Below, in pieces: positions 41,056-50,873 of a stretch of DNA of 64,000 nt (position 1 is its first letter; each line of letters starts with the position of its first letter). Source of the DNA: a virus. Made by a program: the position numbers and the translations under genes. The DNA is taken from the IMG/VR virus record IMGVR_UViG_3300034105_002260; one strand, written 5' to 3'. Below the pieces are notes generated by a model. It worked only from the letters and a program-made list of their open reading frames with translations. It had not been told where the DNA came from and ran no database searches.

Positions 41056-43384
41056 TCCATTTATTAAAGTTACTTGGGAAGATACACCAGAAAACTTTAC
41101 TCCTGAAAAAATCAGAAGAGTAAAATCTTATTTTCAAGACAAATACAAAGGAAAGAATATCCAGGTCATTACCAAGAGTTTGGTTAACACTTCCAACGTA
41201 CAATTACAATCGTTGGAGGCATCTGATAGTATATTAGATAACCAATATCAAAAAGGTTTGATGAAAGATTTTATTAAGGAAAATGGAATCACAACTAAAT
41301 GGGAATTGGTTGATAGGTTAGATAATAGAGTTAACGGAGAAATCGATAAGTTAAATCAAAATAAAGTTCGTTACAATAAATGGTATATCAAGAAGATTGA
41401 GTTTTCTAATTTTCTTTCTTTTGGTGAAGATAACGTAATTGATTATACCTCATTAGATGGTATTACAGTTATTGAATCCACACCAAAGAACTTCGGAGGT
41501 AAATCTACTTCTTCAGTTGATTTATTGATGTTCTTATTTTTTAATTCAACAACCAAAACTAAAACAGCAATTGAAATATTCAATAAGTTTAGTGATAAAG
41601 ATGAGTTGAGTGTTAGAGGTGAAATTACTATTGATGGTGATGATTATGTTATTGAAAGGAAACTATCAAGAAAGAAAACCAAAGTAGGTGAATACAACGT
41701 AACCAATAAACTTGAGTTTTATAAGAAGAAGGAAGATGGTACCGTTGAGAACTTAACTGGTGAACAAAGAAGAGAGACTGAAGCATTTATTGAATCGGCT
41801 ATTGGTAGTGAAGAAGATTTCTTGGCAACCATTATGACCACAGGTAACAACTTAGAACAGTTAATTGAATCCAAACCAACGGCACGTGGACAAATCCTAA
41901 CTAAGTTTATGGGATTGGAGAGTTTAAAAGTAAAGGAAGACATAGCGAGAGGAATATATAATGATTGGAGCAGAAAGTTGGTATCTAATACATACAACAT
42001 TACTCAATTGGAGATTGATAATACCAATTATCAAGACAGTATCACCAATTCTGAAAATGAAAACGAAAGATTAAATGGTGAACTAACTAGATTAGATAAA
42101 CACCTAAAAGAATTGGAAGGTAGACGTGATACTGTGTTAGGTTCTCGTAATAACGATATAGATAGAGAACTAATTAATACCAACCCAACTTTACTTGAAA
42201 GAGAAATAAATGATTTAACGAAACAAAAAAATAGTAGTCAGGTAAATGCGGACGGTGTAAGTGTTGTTGAACCTTCAAAGTATTATGAAGAAGATCAACA
42301 CAAAGAGTTAAGAGGTGAGATGGCAAATCTTCAAGGAATTGATGTTGCTTACAAATACGAAAAGACTCAAAGAGAAAAACTAATTAAACAATTTGAAGAA
42401 GGAACAGTTTGCCCAACTTGTAATCGTGCATTAGATGAAGTTGATCACACCGATGAGATTGAAAAGATTAAAAAAGAAATTGAGGACATCATTAAAGAGA
42501 TAGAATTAAATCAGATTCAATTTGATTTATTAAAACAACAATCCGAACAATTTGATGCACTAAGAACCGAATTTGATACTTACGAGAGAAACAAACTTCG
42601 TAAATCTCGATATGAGTTGGAGGTAGAACAAAAACAACTAGAGATTAGTAATAAACAATTAAGGTTAGATAGATACGACGATAATAAAAAGAAATTAGAG
42701 GAGAATCAAAAAATAGATGCTGAGGTTATTGCGTTAAGAACTAAGATTGATACTGCCAATGCTGATATTAGAGTTACAAACATCACTATTGAACGACATA
42801 AATCAAATATTGAAACAATGAAAGAAAAAATTGGAGTCAATAATGATTTGATTGTTAAGATTAAAGGTGAGGAAGAACTTGGGAATACATTCAAAACTTA
42901 CTTAACCATTTATGGTAAGAATGGTATTTCAAAATTGATTATGAAAAATATGATTCCGCTATTAAACCAGGAGTTGTATCGTTTATTAGTTGATAGTTGT
43001 CATTTCATTTTAGAATTAAATGTAAACGACAAGAATGAAGTTGAGTTCTTAATGATTGATACCGAAACAAGAGTGGTAAAACCATTGAACTCAGGATCTG
43101 GTTATGAAAAGACAATCTCATCATTAGCATTGAGATCAGTATTAACAAAGATTTCATCATTACCTAAACCAAACATCGTGGTTATGGATGAGGTGTTTGG
43201 TAAAGTGGCGGATGAGAACCTAGAGATGGTTGGTGAGTTCTTTAAGAAGATTAAAGATTACTTTGAACATATTATAGTAATTTCCCATAACCCTTTAATC
43301 CGTAATTGGTCGGACAATATCATTATGATTAAGAAAGAGGAAAATATCTCTTCTATTGATTATATCACAACAAAAATTTCGTAA
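41042..43384 (+). CDS. sbcC: Rad50/SbcC (gp46-like) ATPase with extra N-terminal domain
   Basis: NFLSFG, NFGGKS Walker A, CPTC zinc hook, SGYEK signature, VVMDE Walker B, ISH. Confidence 0.93.
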   Translation: MKYNNPFIKVTWEDTPENFTPEKIRRVKSYFQDKYKGKNIQVITKSLVNTSNVQLQSLEASDSILDNQYQKGLMKDFIKENGITTKWELVDRLDNRVNGEIDKLNQNKVRYNKWYIKKIEFSNFLSFGEDNVIDYTSLDGITVIESTPKNFGGKSTSSVDLLMFLFFNSTTKTKTAIEIFNKFSDKDELSVRGEITIDGDDYVIERKLSRKKTKVGEYNVTNKLEFYKKKEDGTVENLTGEQRRETEAFIESAIGSEEDFLATIMTTGNNLEQLIESKPTARGQILTKFMGLESLKVKEDIARGIYNDWSRKLVSNTYNITQLEIDNTNYQDSITNSENENERLNGELTRLDKHLKELEGRRDTVLGSRNNDIDRELINTNPTLLEREINDLTKQKNSSQVNADGVSVVEPSKYYEEDQHKELRGEMANLQGIDVAYKYEKTQREKLIKQFEEGTVCPTCNRALDEVDHTDEIEKIKKEIEDIIKEIELNQIQFDLLKQQSEQFDALRTEFDTYERNKLRKSRYELEVEQKQLEISNKQLRLDRYDDNKKKLEENQKIDAEVIALRTKIDTANADIRVTNITIERHKSNIETMKEKIGVNNDLIVKIKGEEELGNTFKTYLTIYGKNGISKLIMKNMIPLLNQELYRLLVDSCHFILELNVNDKNEVEFLMIDTETRVVKPLNSGSGYEKTISSLALRSVLTKISSLPKPNIVVMDEVFGKVADENLEMVGEFFKKIKDYFEHIIVISHNPLIRNWSDNIIMIKKEENISSIDYITTKIS

Positions 43385-43400
43385 TTTAAAATAAAACAAT

Positions 43401-43408
43401 TACATTTG
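43401..43408 (+). promoter_or_regulatory. Bacteroidota-type -7 promoter element
   Basis: TACATTTG matches TAnnTTTG consensus 22 nt before clpP ATG. Confidence 0.45.
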
Positions 43409-43429
43409 TACACAATAAAAACTTACAAT

Positions 43430-44104
43430 ATGACACCAAACGATTACAAAGGTTTCGGTTTATTTGCCAAGGACCAAGGAGTTAGTTCAATGAACTTACA
43501 CAACTACAATAAGAGAGTAGAAAATAGTTTAACCCCATATATCTTGGAGGAAAGACAAATGAACGTTACCGCAATGGATGTATTTTCACGTTTGATGATG
43601 GAACGTATCATTTGGGTTGCTGGTGAGGTTAATGACCATATGTCAACCATTGTACAAGCTCAGTTGATGTTCTTGGATAGTATTGACAGAAATGACATTA
43701 CAATGCACATTGACAGTCCAGGTGGTTCAGTTAAGTCTGGATTATCTATGGTGGACGTTATGGAATATATTGGTTCCGATATACGTACCATTAACACGGG
43801 TATGGCGGCCTCTATGGGTTCAGTCCTACTTGGAGCAGGGACGAAGGGTAAACGTGGTTCCTTGAGGTTCTCACGTACTATGTTACACCAATCATCGGGA
43901 GGGGCAGGTGGAAATATCCAAGATGCTCGTATCACTATGATAGAATGGGAGAAAATCAACGACACATTGTTCGAATTGTTGGGTGGATATTGTGGTAAAG
44001 ACGCTGAAATCGTTAAAAACGATGCAAGTCGAGATCTATGGTTGGGAGCACAAGAGGCTCTCGATTACGGAATTATCGATGAAATAGTTAAGAAAAAAAG
44101 TTAA
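43430..44104 (+). CDS. clpP: ATP-dependent Clp protease proteolytic subunit
   Basis: DVFSRLMMERII, DSPGGSV, GMAASMG (Ser), MLHQ (His), RDLW (Asp). Confidence 0.96.
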   Translation: MTPNDYKGFGLFAKDQGVSSMNLHNYNKRVENSLTPYILEERQMNVTAMDVFSRLMMERIIWVAGEVNDHMSTIVQAQLMFLDSIDRNDITMHIDSPGGSVKSGLSMVDVMEYIGSDIRTINTGMAASMGSVLLGAGTKGKRGSLRFSRTMLHQSSGGAGGNIQDARITMIEWEKINDTLFELLGGYCGKDAEIVKNDASRDLWLGAQEALDYGIIDEIVKKKS

Positions 44105-44109
44105 TATGA

Positions 44110-44140
44110 AAGGGGACGAAAGTCCCCTTCTTCATTTCTT
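44110..44140 (+). terminator. Intrinsic terminator after clpP
   Basis: AAGGGGAC-GAAA-GTCCCCTT followed by pyrimidine tract. Confidence 0.75.
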
Positions 44141-44164
44141 CATATTTATAATAAAACACATAAT

Positions 44165-44500
44165 ATGAAGATTAATAAAACAAATATCTTATTAGTTTTG
44201 ATTGCTTGTTTAGCCGCTTATACCATTTTTCAAAATCAAGGTATAAAGACTGACGTTGCGGGATATAACGCTAAAATTGAATCCTTACAAAAGGATATAG
44301 ATTCAGTTTACACAGCAAACAAAGAGATAGACAATCAAATTGAAAAAGTTGATAATCACATTGTTAATGTTGATAAAGATATCGACAACGTGACAAAAAA
44401 CATAACTATTATTAAAAACAACACAGATGAAAAAGTTAATTCTATTACCACTATTGGTAATGTTGAGCTTGAGCAGTTATTCGCAAACAGATACAACTAA
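44165..44500 (+). CDS. N-anchored coiled-coil membrane protein (i-spanin-like)
   Basis: N-terminal TM helix followed by heptad coiled coil. Confidence 0.55.
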   Translation: MKINKTNILLVLIACLAAYTIFQNQGIKTDVAGYNAKIESLQKDIDSVYTANKEIDNQIEKVDNHIVNVDKDIDNVTKNITIIKNNTDEKVNSITTIGNVELEQLFANRYN

Positions 44501-44852
44501 AGTTATAGTATTGGATACTACTAAAGTTATTTTACCAACAAAAGTTGCTAGATTGGTTTTTCAAGATTTACTTCGTTATGACGGAGCTAAATTGGAAATT
44601 GTCGAATTAAACAAAGTCATATCCTTGAAAGATAATCAAATTGGGTTATTCAAACAAAAAGACACCCTTAAGGACCAAAAGATTGGTAACTTAGAATTAA
44701 TTATATCTAAGAAGGATCAACAATTTGATTTAGAAAGACAAAAATCTGAAAGTTTATTAAAAGAACTTAAAACACAAAGAACAAAAACGTTCTTTTATAA
44801 AATTGGTTCTTTTGTTGGAATAATTGCAACGTCCATACTTTTATTAAAATAA
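44427..44852 (+). CDS. Secreted/membrane coiled-coil protein overlapping the previous gene
   Basis: Signal peptide ending SYS-Q, coiled coil, C-terminal hydrophobic helix. Confidence 0.55.
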   Translation: MKKLILLPLLVMLSLSSYSQTDTTKVIVLDTTKVILPTKVARLVFQDLLRYDGAKLEIVELNKVISLKDNQIGLFKQKDTLKDQKIGNLELIISKKDQQFDLERQKSESLLKELKTQRTKTFFYKIGSFVGIIATSILLLK

Positions 44853-44853
44853 A

Positions 44854-45495
44854 ATGAAGAAATACATTAACACCAAGAACATTATAATTGTTATATTAAT
44901 AATTCTTTTGTTTTTGGTATTTCTTAATCCAGGTGGATATGTTCCAATGAGAACAAAGTTTGTTCCAAAAATTGATTCGGTACCTTATGCGGTTCACGAT
45001 ACATTATTTGTTGATTCTTTAGTTGAAGTTGAGGTTGAAGTACCTGTTCCATATGAGGTTGAAAAAAGAGTTGAGGTTCAAGTTATCCAACCAGTGGACA
45101 CTATGGAAATATTAAAAGTATTTTACACTAAGAATGTTCAAAAAAATGTGTTAAATTTACCTAACGGTGTTGGGACAATTACTTTGACCGATACTATTGT
45201 TGAGAATAAAATAGTTGGAACATCATTTGATTCTAAAATTAAAAAACAAATCGTAAGGGATACACTTCGTTTACCTGAAGAAAAGAAAAATAAAATTTAT
45301 TTTGGTGTCACCGCCCAAGTTGACGGACCAAACCTTATTAATGGTTTAGGTATGGGGTTACTATATCAAACTAAACAAGATAAAATATTTAAAGTGGGTG
45401 TCGGTGTGAACAATTGGGTAAAGGACGGCACGAATGGTACATTTACCCCATATGTTGATGCGGGAATCTATTGGAAGATTAAAGTAAGACGATAA
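44854..45495 (+). CDS. Envelope protein with N-terminal TM and C-terminal beta strands
   Basis: Hydrophobic N-terminus; amphipathic strands ending GIYWKI. Confidence 0.55.
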   Translation: MKKYINTKNIIIVILIILLFLVFLNPGGYVPMRTKFVPKIDSVPYAVHDTLFVDSLVEVEVEVPVPYEVEKRVEVQVIQPVDTMEILKVFYTKNVQKNVLNLPNGVGTITLTDTIVENKIVGTSFDSKIKKQIVRDTLRLPEEKKNKIYFGVTAQVDGPNLINGLGMGLLYQTKQDKIFKVGVGVNNWVKDGTNGTFTPYVDAGIYWKIKVRR

Positions 45496-45499
45496 TACT

Positions 45500-45943
45500 A
45501 TGAAGACATTCATACTTTTCATCTTTGGGACGTTTGAAGATCACGAAGATATAGCATTTTTTTGTACTGAGATTTTAGGTAACTCAACCGCCATTAAATC
45601 TTTAAAGTATGTTATTGAAAGTTCACAAAATATAATTGTTATATTTGATTCAGAATTAGAACATAAAGATTTATCACAAGAGCTCTACGGAGTATTGATT
45701 TCCGACGTTGTTAAGTTTTATTTTCTATTTGAAAGATCATCATTAGTGTGTGCTCACTTACCAGAACAAGTGAAGGATTTTATATTTAAACCACTACCAG
45801 AATCATCGGCAATTGAAATCAACTACATAAAAAATATCCCCGAACAGATGGACTTAGATGAGGTCCTTGAAAAAATAGAAAAGACGGGAATTGGCAGTTT
45901 AACGGACGAAGAAAAAAACTTCTTAGATAATTTTGAGAATTGA
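45500..45943 (+). CDS. Hypothetical protein with C-terminal DUF6576-like motif
   Basis: LDEVLEKIEKTGIGSLTDEEKNFL. Confidence 0.6.
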   Translation: MKTFILFIFGTFEDHEDIAFFCTEILGNSTAIKSLKYVIESSQNIIVIFDSELEHKDLSQELYGVLISDVVKFYFLFERSSLVCAHLPEQVKDFIFKPLPESSAIEINYIKNIPEQMDLDEVLEKIEKTGIGSLTDEEKNFLDNFEN

Positions 45944-45999
45944 TTTTTTTTTATTATCTTTATCCAATATAAACAATAAAACTGCTTTCGCCAACAACT

Positions 46000-46815
46000 A
46001 TGAAGAAATCCATCATCATCAACACCGAGGAAATCCAGCAGTACATAAAGGATATCCGTAAAATTCCAGTAATTTCACACGAAAGACAGGAACAAATTTT
46101 CAAACTTTTAATTTCCAAAGAAACACCCAAGAAAGAGAAAACAGATTTACTCAACGAGTTAGTTGTTGGTAACTTAAGATTTGTTATTTCTGTTGCAAAA
46201 ATGTACCAGAGTCAAGGTATGGACATTATGGATTTAATTTCAGAAGGAAACATTGGATTAATAAAAGCAGCGGAAAGATTTGACCCAACAAGTGGTTTAA
46301 AATTTATTTCATATGCGGTATGGTGGGTGAAACAATCTATAATGGCATCTCTTAACGAGAATTCTAGAACAATTAGAATCCCATCCAACTTAGTTCAGGA
46401 AGCTCAGAAACAAAGAAAGAGAGAAGAGGTTGGGATTGAAGATCAATTTCATTTAGATAAAGATAACGAACCAATTGTAGGACAAAACTTACCCTACTGT
46501 ATTGGTTTATATAATGAAATTAATGAAGATGGGGACACACTTATTGATTTAATTCCAAATAAGAATGCGGATGACCCTGAAGAATTTTTAAATTCACCGG
46601 AGGAGATTAAGAAGAAAGTTGCCCTAATGTTAAATGTTTTAGATGAAAGAGAAAAAATCATTATTACGAAATATTATGGATTAACTGGGGTTGAATCTAA
46701 TTTGGATGATTTAGGTGAAGAATTTGGGTGCACCAAAGAACGTATTAGACAATTACGTGATAAGGCCATTAAAAAGTTACGTAATGAGAGTTTTGGTCTA
46801 TTAAACTATTTATAA
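46000..46815 (+). CDS. Sigma70-family RNA polymerase sigma factor
   Basis: NLRFVISVAK, DLISEGNIGLIKAAERFD, KFISYAVWW, region 4 TKERIRQ. Confidence 0.95.
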   Translation: MKKSIIINTEEIQQYIKDIRKIPVISHERQEQIFKLLISKETPKKEKTDLLNELVVGNLRFVISVAKMYQSQGMDIMDLISEGNIGLIKAAERFDPTSGLKFISYAVWWVKQSIMASLNENSRTIRIPSNLVQEAQKQRKREEVGIEDQFHLDKDNEPIVGQNLPYCIGLYNEINEDGDTLIDLIPNKNADDPEEFLNSPEEIKKKVALMLNVLDEREKIIITKYYGLTGVESNLDDLGEEFGCTKERIRQLRDKAIKKLRNESFGLLNYL

Positions 46816-46843
46816 AAACAAAAATTATAACTATTATTATAAT

Positions 46844-47137
46844 ATGAAAAAGCTAATAGAATTAATAAAAACATATAAACTTCAGATATTGATTTTTCTA
46901 ACAATCATTTTCTTTTTTCGCTCTTGTAGTAATTCAAGTAAAGTGGGTAAGTTAGAAAAAATTGAGAAACAAAACGTTGCTACGATTGACAGTCTTAAAA
47001 TTGCAAATAAAAACGAAAAAATAAAGATTCACAGTTTTTATGATAATTGGATAACACAAAAGGATAGAGGACCACAATTAATGGAACTTCATTTTATTGT
47101 TAAGGAAAACCTAAAAAAAGAACAAGAATCTAAATGA
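46844..47137 (+). CDS. Small membrane protein or lipoprotein
   Basis: Hydrophobic stretch ending FFRSC. Confidence 0.55.
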   Translation: MKKLIELIKTYKLQILIFLTIIFFFRSCSNSSKVGKLEKIEKQNVATIDSLKIANKNEKIKIHSFYDNWITQKDRGPQLMELHFIVKENLKKEQESK

Positions 47138-48363
47138 AACATTGGCTCAACACACATTATAAAACATTAATTATTGCTGCGTTCTTGATACCTATCTTGA
47201 CCGTAGCGGTGGTTTCAATTTCACACGTCACTCAATGGTACGGATTATCTAATCCAGTAAGTTGGGCGGTATACTTGTCAATCGGTATTGAAATTGCTGC
47301 GTTATCTGCATTGGCGGCTATCTCGGCAAATATGGGATCTAAAGTTTATTTCCCATTTGCAATTGTTACAATAGTACAGTTCATTGGTAATGTATTTTTT
47401 GCGTATTCGTATATTAATATCGATTCTAAACAATTTAAAGATTGGGTTGATTTGGTTTCACCTTTTGTTGAGTTTATGGGTGTTGAACCAGGTGATTTTG
47501 TTGGACACAAAAGATTTTTAGCATTTTTCGCTGGAGGTATGTTACCAATTATTTCATTATCATTTTTACATATGTTAGTTAAGTTTACTGAAGAAGATAG
47601 AAACAGAGAAATACTTTCTGAATCAAAAGAAAACACTTCAAACCCTGAAGAATTAAAACAATTTGTTGACGAATCAACAAGAGTTAGATTAAGTGATGAA
47701 GATTTAAAGATACTAGAAGAAGCGTTATTAAATCCCCCACCACCAAATGATGAATTAAAGAAGGCAGCGGAAGAATATAAAAGACGCGGAGAGTTATTGG
47801 CGGAGATAATGAAGAATGATGAAGAATTGGGTTTATATAACGAACCATTTGATAATCCGTTAATTAAAGAACCTCATCATTCACCTCAAAATGCGGAAGA
47901 AATGATGTTAACCACCAATAGTGACATCATTGAATCGATACCAGCAGATGATGACGTATCCGATTGGGATGTAACTTTAATGGATGGTTTGGAAGATGAG
48001 GAACCTTTCTTTACAGAACAAGAAATGGAGAATATTTTACAAGAAGAACCAACAGAAGAAGAAATCCAAGGAAATTTTTCCACTATAGAACCTGAAACGG
48101 AGAATATTTTCCAAGATAATCAATCTACAGAATTTGAAATCCCAGTTCAAGAAGGTTGGGAAGTTCTCGAAGAAGGAGTTGACGAATCTATTTCTGAACC
48201 ATTTGTAACACCCATTGCAACACCCGAACCCACTCAAACAATAACGGTAATTTTGGATGAAAATAAATTCAAACCGTTTGATGTGGATTCACAAATTGAA
48301 CAAACAAGAATAGAAGAAGTTAATCCATTACCTGAAGTGATGGATGAAAAAAAAAATCTATAG
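47134..48363 (+). CDS. Multi-pass membrane protein with long acidic tail
   Basis: About four TM segments in first 150 aa, then Glu/Asp-rich tail; ends just after an A10 run. Confidence 0.7.
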   Translation: MKHWLNTHYKTLIIAAFLIPILTVAVVSISHVTQWYGLSNPVSWAVYLSIGIEIAALSALAAISANMGSKVYFPFAIVTIVQFIGNVFFAYSYINIDSKQFKDWVDLVSPFVEFMGVEPGDFVGHKRFLAFFAGGMLPIISLSFLHMLVKFTEEDRNREILSESKENTSNPEELKQFVDESTRVRLSDEDLKILEEALLNPPPPNDELKKAAEEYKRRGELLAEIMKNDEELGLYNEPFDNPLIKEPHHSPQNAEEMMLTTNSDIIESIPADDDVSDWDVTLMDGLEDEEPFFTEQEMENILQEEPTEEEIQGNFSTIEPETENIFQDNQSTEFEIPVQEGWEVLEEGVDESISEPFVTPIATPEPTQTITVILDENKFKPFDVDSQIEQTRIEEVNPLPEVMDEKKNL

Positions 48364-48632
48364 AAAACCCATTGGATTTGGTGGAAAACCCCCTCTTAAA
48401 CACAAGAGGTGGTCAATTATCACCTTTGGATCTCCAGGAGTTACCGAATAATAATGATGACCTGTATTGGGAAAACGATGAAATTGTAATCCCAACTCAG
48501 GTCATTTCTGATTTGAGTATTGAAGAAGAAAACTCAAGTCCAATAGACGAAGGTTCACAAACAACAACCACACCGTCTAAAAAAGTTATATCAAGGAATG
48601 TTAGTAATTCACAACGTAGACGTTTTAGATAA
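48348..48632 (+). CDS. Probable -1 frame continuation of 47134 gene
   Basis: Frame opens exactly within the A10 run, has only TTG/GTG starts and the same acidic low-complexity composition. Confidence 0.45.
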   Translation, partial: KKKSIENPLDLVENPLLNTRGGQLSPLDLQELPNNNDDLYWENDEIVIPTQVISDLSIEEENSSPIDEGSQTTTTPSKKVISRNVSNSQRRRFR

Positions 48633-49221
48633 GGATAAACTTAACATAGTAAAACGAAAGTCAAAAAAGACACAAATATTCCTTTACGATACTCAGAGAA
48701 GGTCGGACGATTTTATAAACAAAATACGTTACCGAAGAAATGGGAAGTACGATAATGTCCCACATTTTCTTGTTACTAAATTAGGGATGGTTTATCAATT
48801 ATTCGACACTAACCATAGTTCGAATACATTTGACAACCCGAAGAACGATAAGAAAATGATTAAAATAGCCGTCGAAAATCTAGGATGGTTAAACAAAAAC
48901 ACAATCACAGGATTTCTTAATAATTGGATTGGTGACCCATATAGGTCGGAACCATACATTCGAAATTGGAGAGGTCACTTCTTTTGGGATAGATACAATG
49001 AGACCCAAATTGGGGCCTTATCTGAACTATGTGACCTATTGTGTGATAAACACGATATATTCAAACAAGTAGTACCATCTCAAGGATATTTAGAAAACAT
49101 ATCTAATTTCAAAGGAATTGTATGCAAATCAAACTTTTCTAATATTTATACAGATATAAACCCTTCATTTAATTTTAGATTATTATTTAACTATGGAAAA
49201 GAGACAGATATCAGGATATGA
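48598..49221 (+). CDS. Amidase_2/PGRP-fold protein lacking canonical Zn-binding His residues
   Basis: IFLYDT, PHFLVTKLGMVYQL, IAVEN, QIGALSEL, GIVCKSNF...DINP. Confidence 0.65.
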   Translation: MLVIHNVDVLDKDKLNIVKRKSKKTQIFLYDTQRRSDDFINKIRYRRNGKYDNVPHFLVTKLGMVYQLFDTNHSSNTFDNPKNDKKMIKIAVENLGWLNKNTITGFLNNWIGDPYRSEPYIRNWRGHFFWDRYNETQIGALSELCDLLCDKHDIFKQVVPSQGYLENISNFKGIVCKSNFSNIYTDINPSFNFRLLFNYGKETDIRI

Positions 49222-49720
49222 CGATACAAAGAAAATGTTGAATACGTTAAGAAAACTTAACGAATCAAGATCATCGTTCAATACCCTTAAAGAGGAATTA
49301 GAACCCCAACAATCGGGTATAAATCCACAATCAACCCAAACAGATGGTGATGCTGTTGACGTGGTTAATGACGTTGACGTTAAGTTAGTATCAACTGACA
49401 ACGCCGATTTAAAATTAATGGATGATCAGAAAACCACAATATCTGGGGTAATCGATTCATTTAGAAATGAAGTATCACAAATAGCTGACCTGAAACCAGG
49501 TATCACTATGAATCAAACACAAATTAGATTAGATGGGACAATAACTGATAACGATATCAATTTCGTATACATCGTTGGGGATGAACCAGGTTTATATATT
49601 AATGCGGATATGTTAATGATAGATGCGGATGCGTTGACAGAGTTAACCAAATTATTAAAATTTGAGGCGACATTCAAAACAACGATGGAACCATTATTAA
49701 GACAAAGAAAAACTAACTAA
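49193..49720 (+). CDS. Hypothetical protein
   Basis: Intact ORF with TATTTAT at 49143. Confidence 0.6.
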   Translation: MEKRQISGYDDTKKMLNTLRKLNESRSSFNTLKEELEPQQSGINPQSTQTDGDAVDVVNDVDVKLVSTDNADLKLMDDQKTTISGVIDSFRNEVSQIADLKPGITMNQTQIRLDGTITDNDINFVYIVGDEPGLYINADMLMIDADALTELTKLLKFEATFKTTMEPLLRQRKTN

Positions 49721-49725
49721 CTAAG

Positions 49726-49965
49726 ATGGCACTAAACGATTCAGACAAAAAAGAAATAGAAAGAATTAGTAGGAAAGAAATCAAAGATTTTATGAGTTCT
49801 ACTAATGCCCAATCTATTGTTGTTAAAATGATTCAAGCCGAATTGGGAACAAAGAAGGTGGACGATAAAATAATCGACTTATCAACCAAGGTGGTTGTTG
49901 AGTTATTTAAAACATTATGGCAAAGAAAGTCATTTTGGGAAACAGCATTAAAAAATGTTAGATAA
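49726..49965 (+). CDS. Hypothetical protein
   Basis: Intact ORF in tightly packed operon. Confidence 0.6.
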   Translation: MALNDSDKKEIERISRKEIKDFMSSTNAQSIVVKMIQAELGTKKVDDKIIDLSTKVVVELFKTLWQRKSFWETALKNVR

Positions 49966-50872
49966 GAAAAACATTATTAAACCAGACCTTAAAGGTGAGA
50001 TGGATGAACTTCAAAGAGTTGTCCAAGATTTAAGTCGTGACGAGAATATCGAAACAACTGTAAAAGAACTTGTCAACGCCTTTAACGATAGTACTGAAGA
50101 ACCAATATCAGATGAAGTTTGGGGTAAGTTAGAGAACACAGAGTCAAATGAAATAGAGAAGGGTGATATGAAAGCGGTTTATAAAATTGCTAAAACATAT
50201 AACAAAACAAACCCACAGAAGTTAAGTCAATCCTTTGCTGATGGAGATTATAAAAGACCATTAATTGTTCAGTTTGGTGATAGATACCATTTAGTTGCTG
50301 GAAATACAAGATTATGTACTGCGGCTGCTTTAGGTATTAAACCAAATGTTTTCATAGCGAAAATTGGAGAAATGAAGAAAATGGAAACAAAAGAATCAAT
50401 GGGAGCCGATGCGTCTGGTTCATCTGAAGGATCCGTATTTGGTACTACAATTCTTAAAAGAGACTTATACAAACCAAACAATAGTAAAAAATATAACGTA
50501 AATGAAGAGGAGGAATTTCAGGAAGCAACTGACGCATCTTCTTCAGGATCATATGACGTTCCTTTGTTTGGGAAGACACCTAAAGGTCGTAGAAACCCTT
50601 TGAAGATTGACGGTGTGAAGAGTATTAAACAAAGTAGAGCGGTAAAAGATAAGAATTTCCCTAAATGGGGAGGTCCAGATTCTGTTTTTATTAAGGTTAA
50701 GGATAAATGTAAGAAGTTTCCATACTGTAATCAAGGAGACATAAACGCAATCGAAATGCTCGAAATGGAGGAATTAACCCAAGCAATTACTGAAATTGCA
50801 AAGGAAATGAAGGTTCCGTTCAAAGAAATTGAGAAAATCGTATTAAATGAAATAAAACTGATATTTATATAG
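49955..50872 (+). CDS. Protein with ParB/Srx-like N-terminal domain
   Basis: RPLIV...YHLVAGNTRL motif. Confidence 0.6.
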   Translation: MLDKKNIIKPDLKGEMDELQRVVQDLSRDENIETTVKELVNAFNDSTEEPISDEVWGKLENTESNEIEKGDMKAVYKIAKTYNKTNPQKLSQSFADGDYKRPLIVQFGDRYHLVAGNTRLCTAAALGIKPNVFIAKIGEMKKMETKESMGADASGSSEGSVFGTTILKRDLYKPNNSKKYNVNEEEEFQEATDASSSGSYDVPLFGKTPKGRRNPLKIDGVKSIKQSRAVKDKNFPKWGGPDSVFIKVKDKCKKFPYCNQGDINAIEMLEMEELTQAITEIAKEMKVPFKEIEKIVLNEIKLIFI

Positions 50873-50873
50873 T

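Noticed and set aside
48361-48399. TAG read-through of the 47134 gene
   Set aside because: Same frame stops again after 11 codons; the -1 frame explains the downstream ORF better
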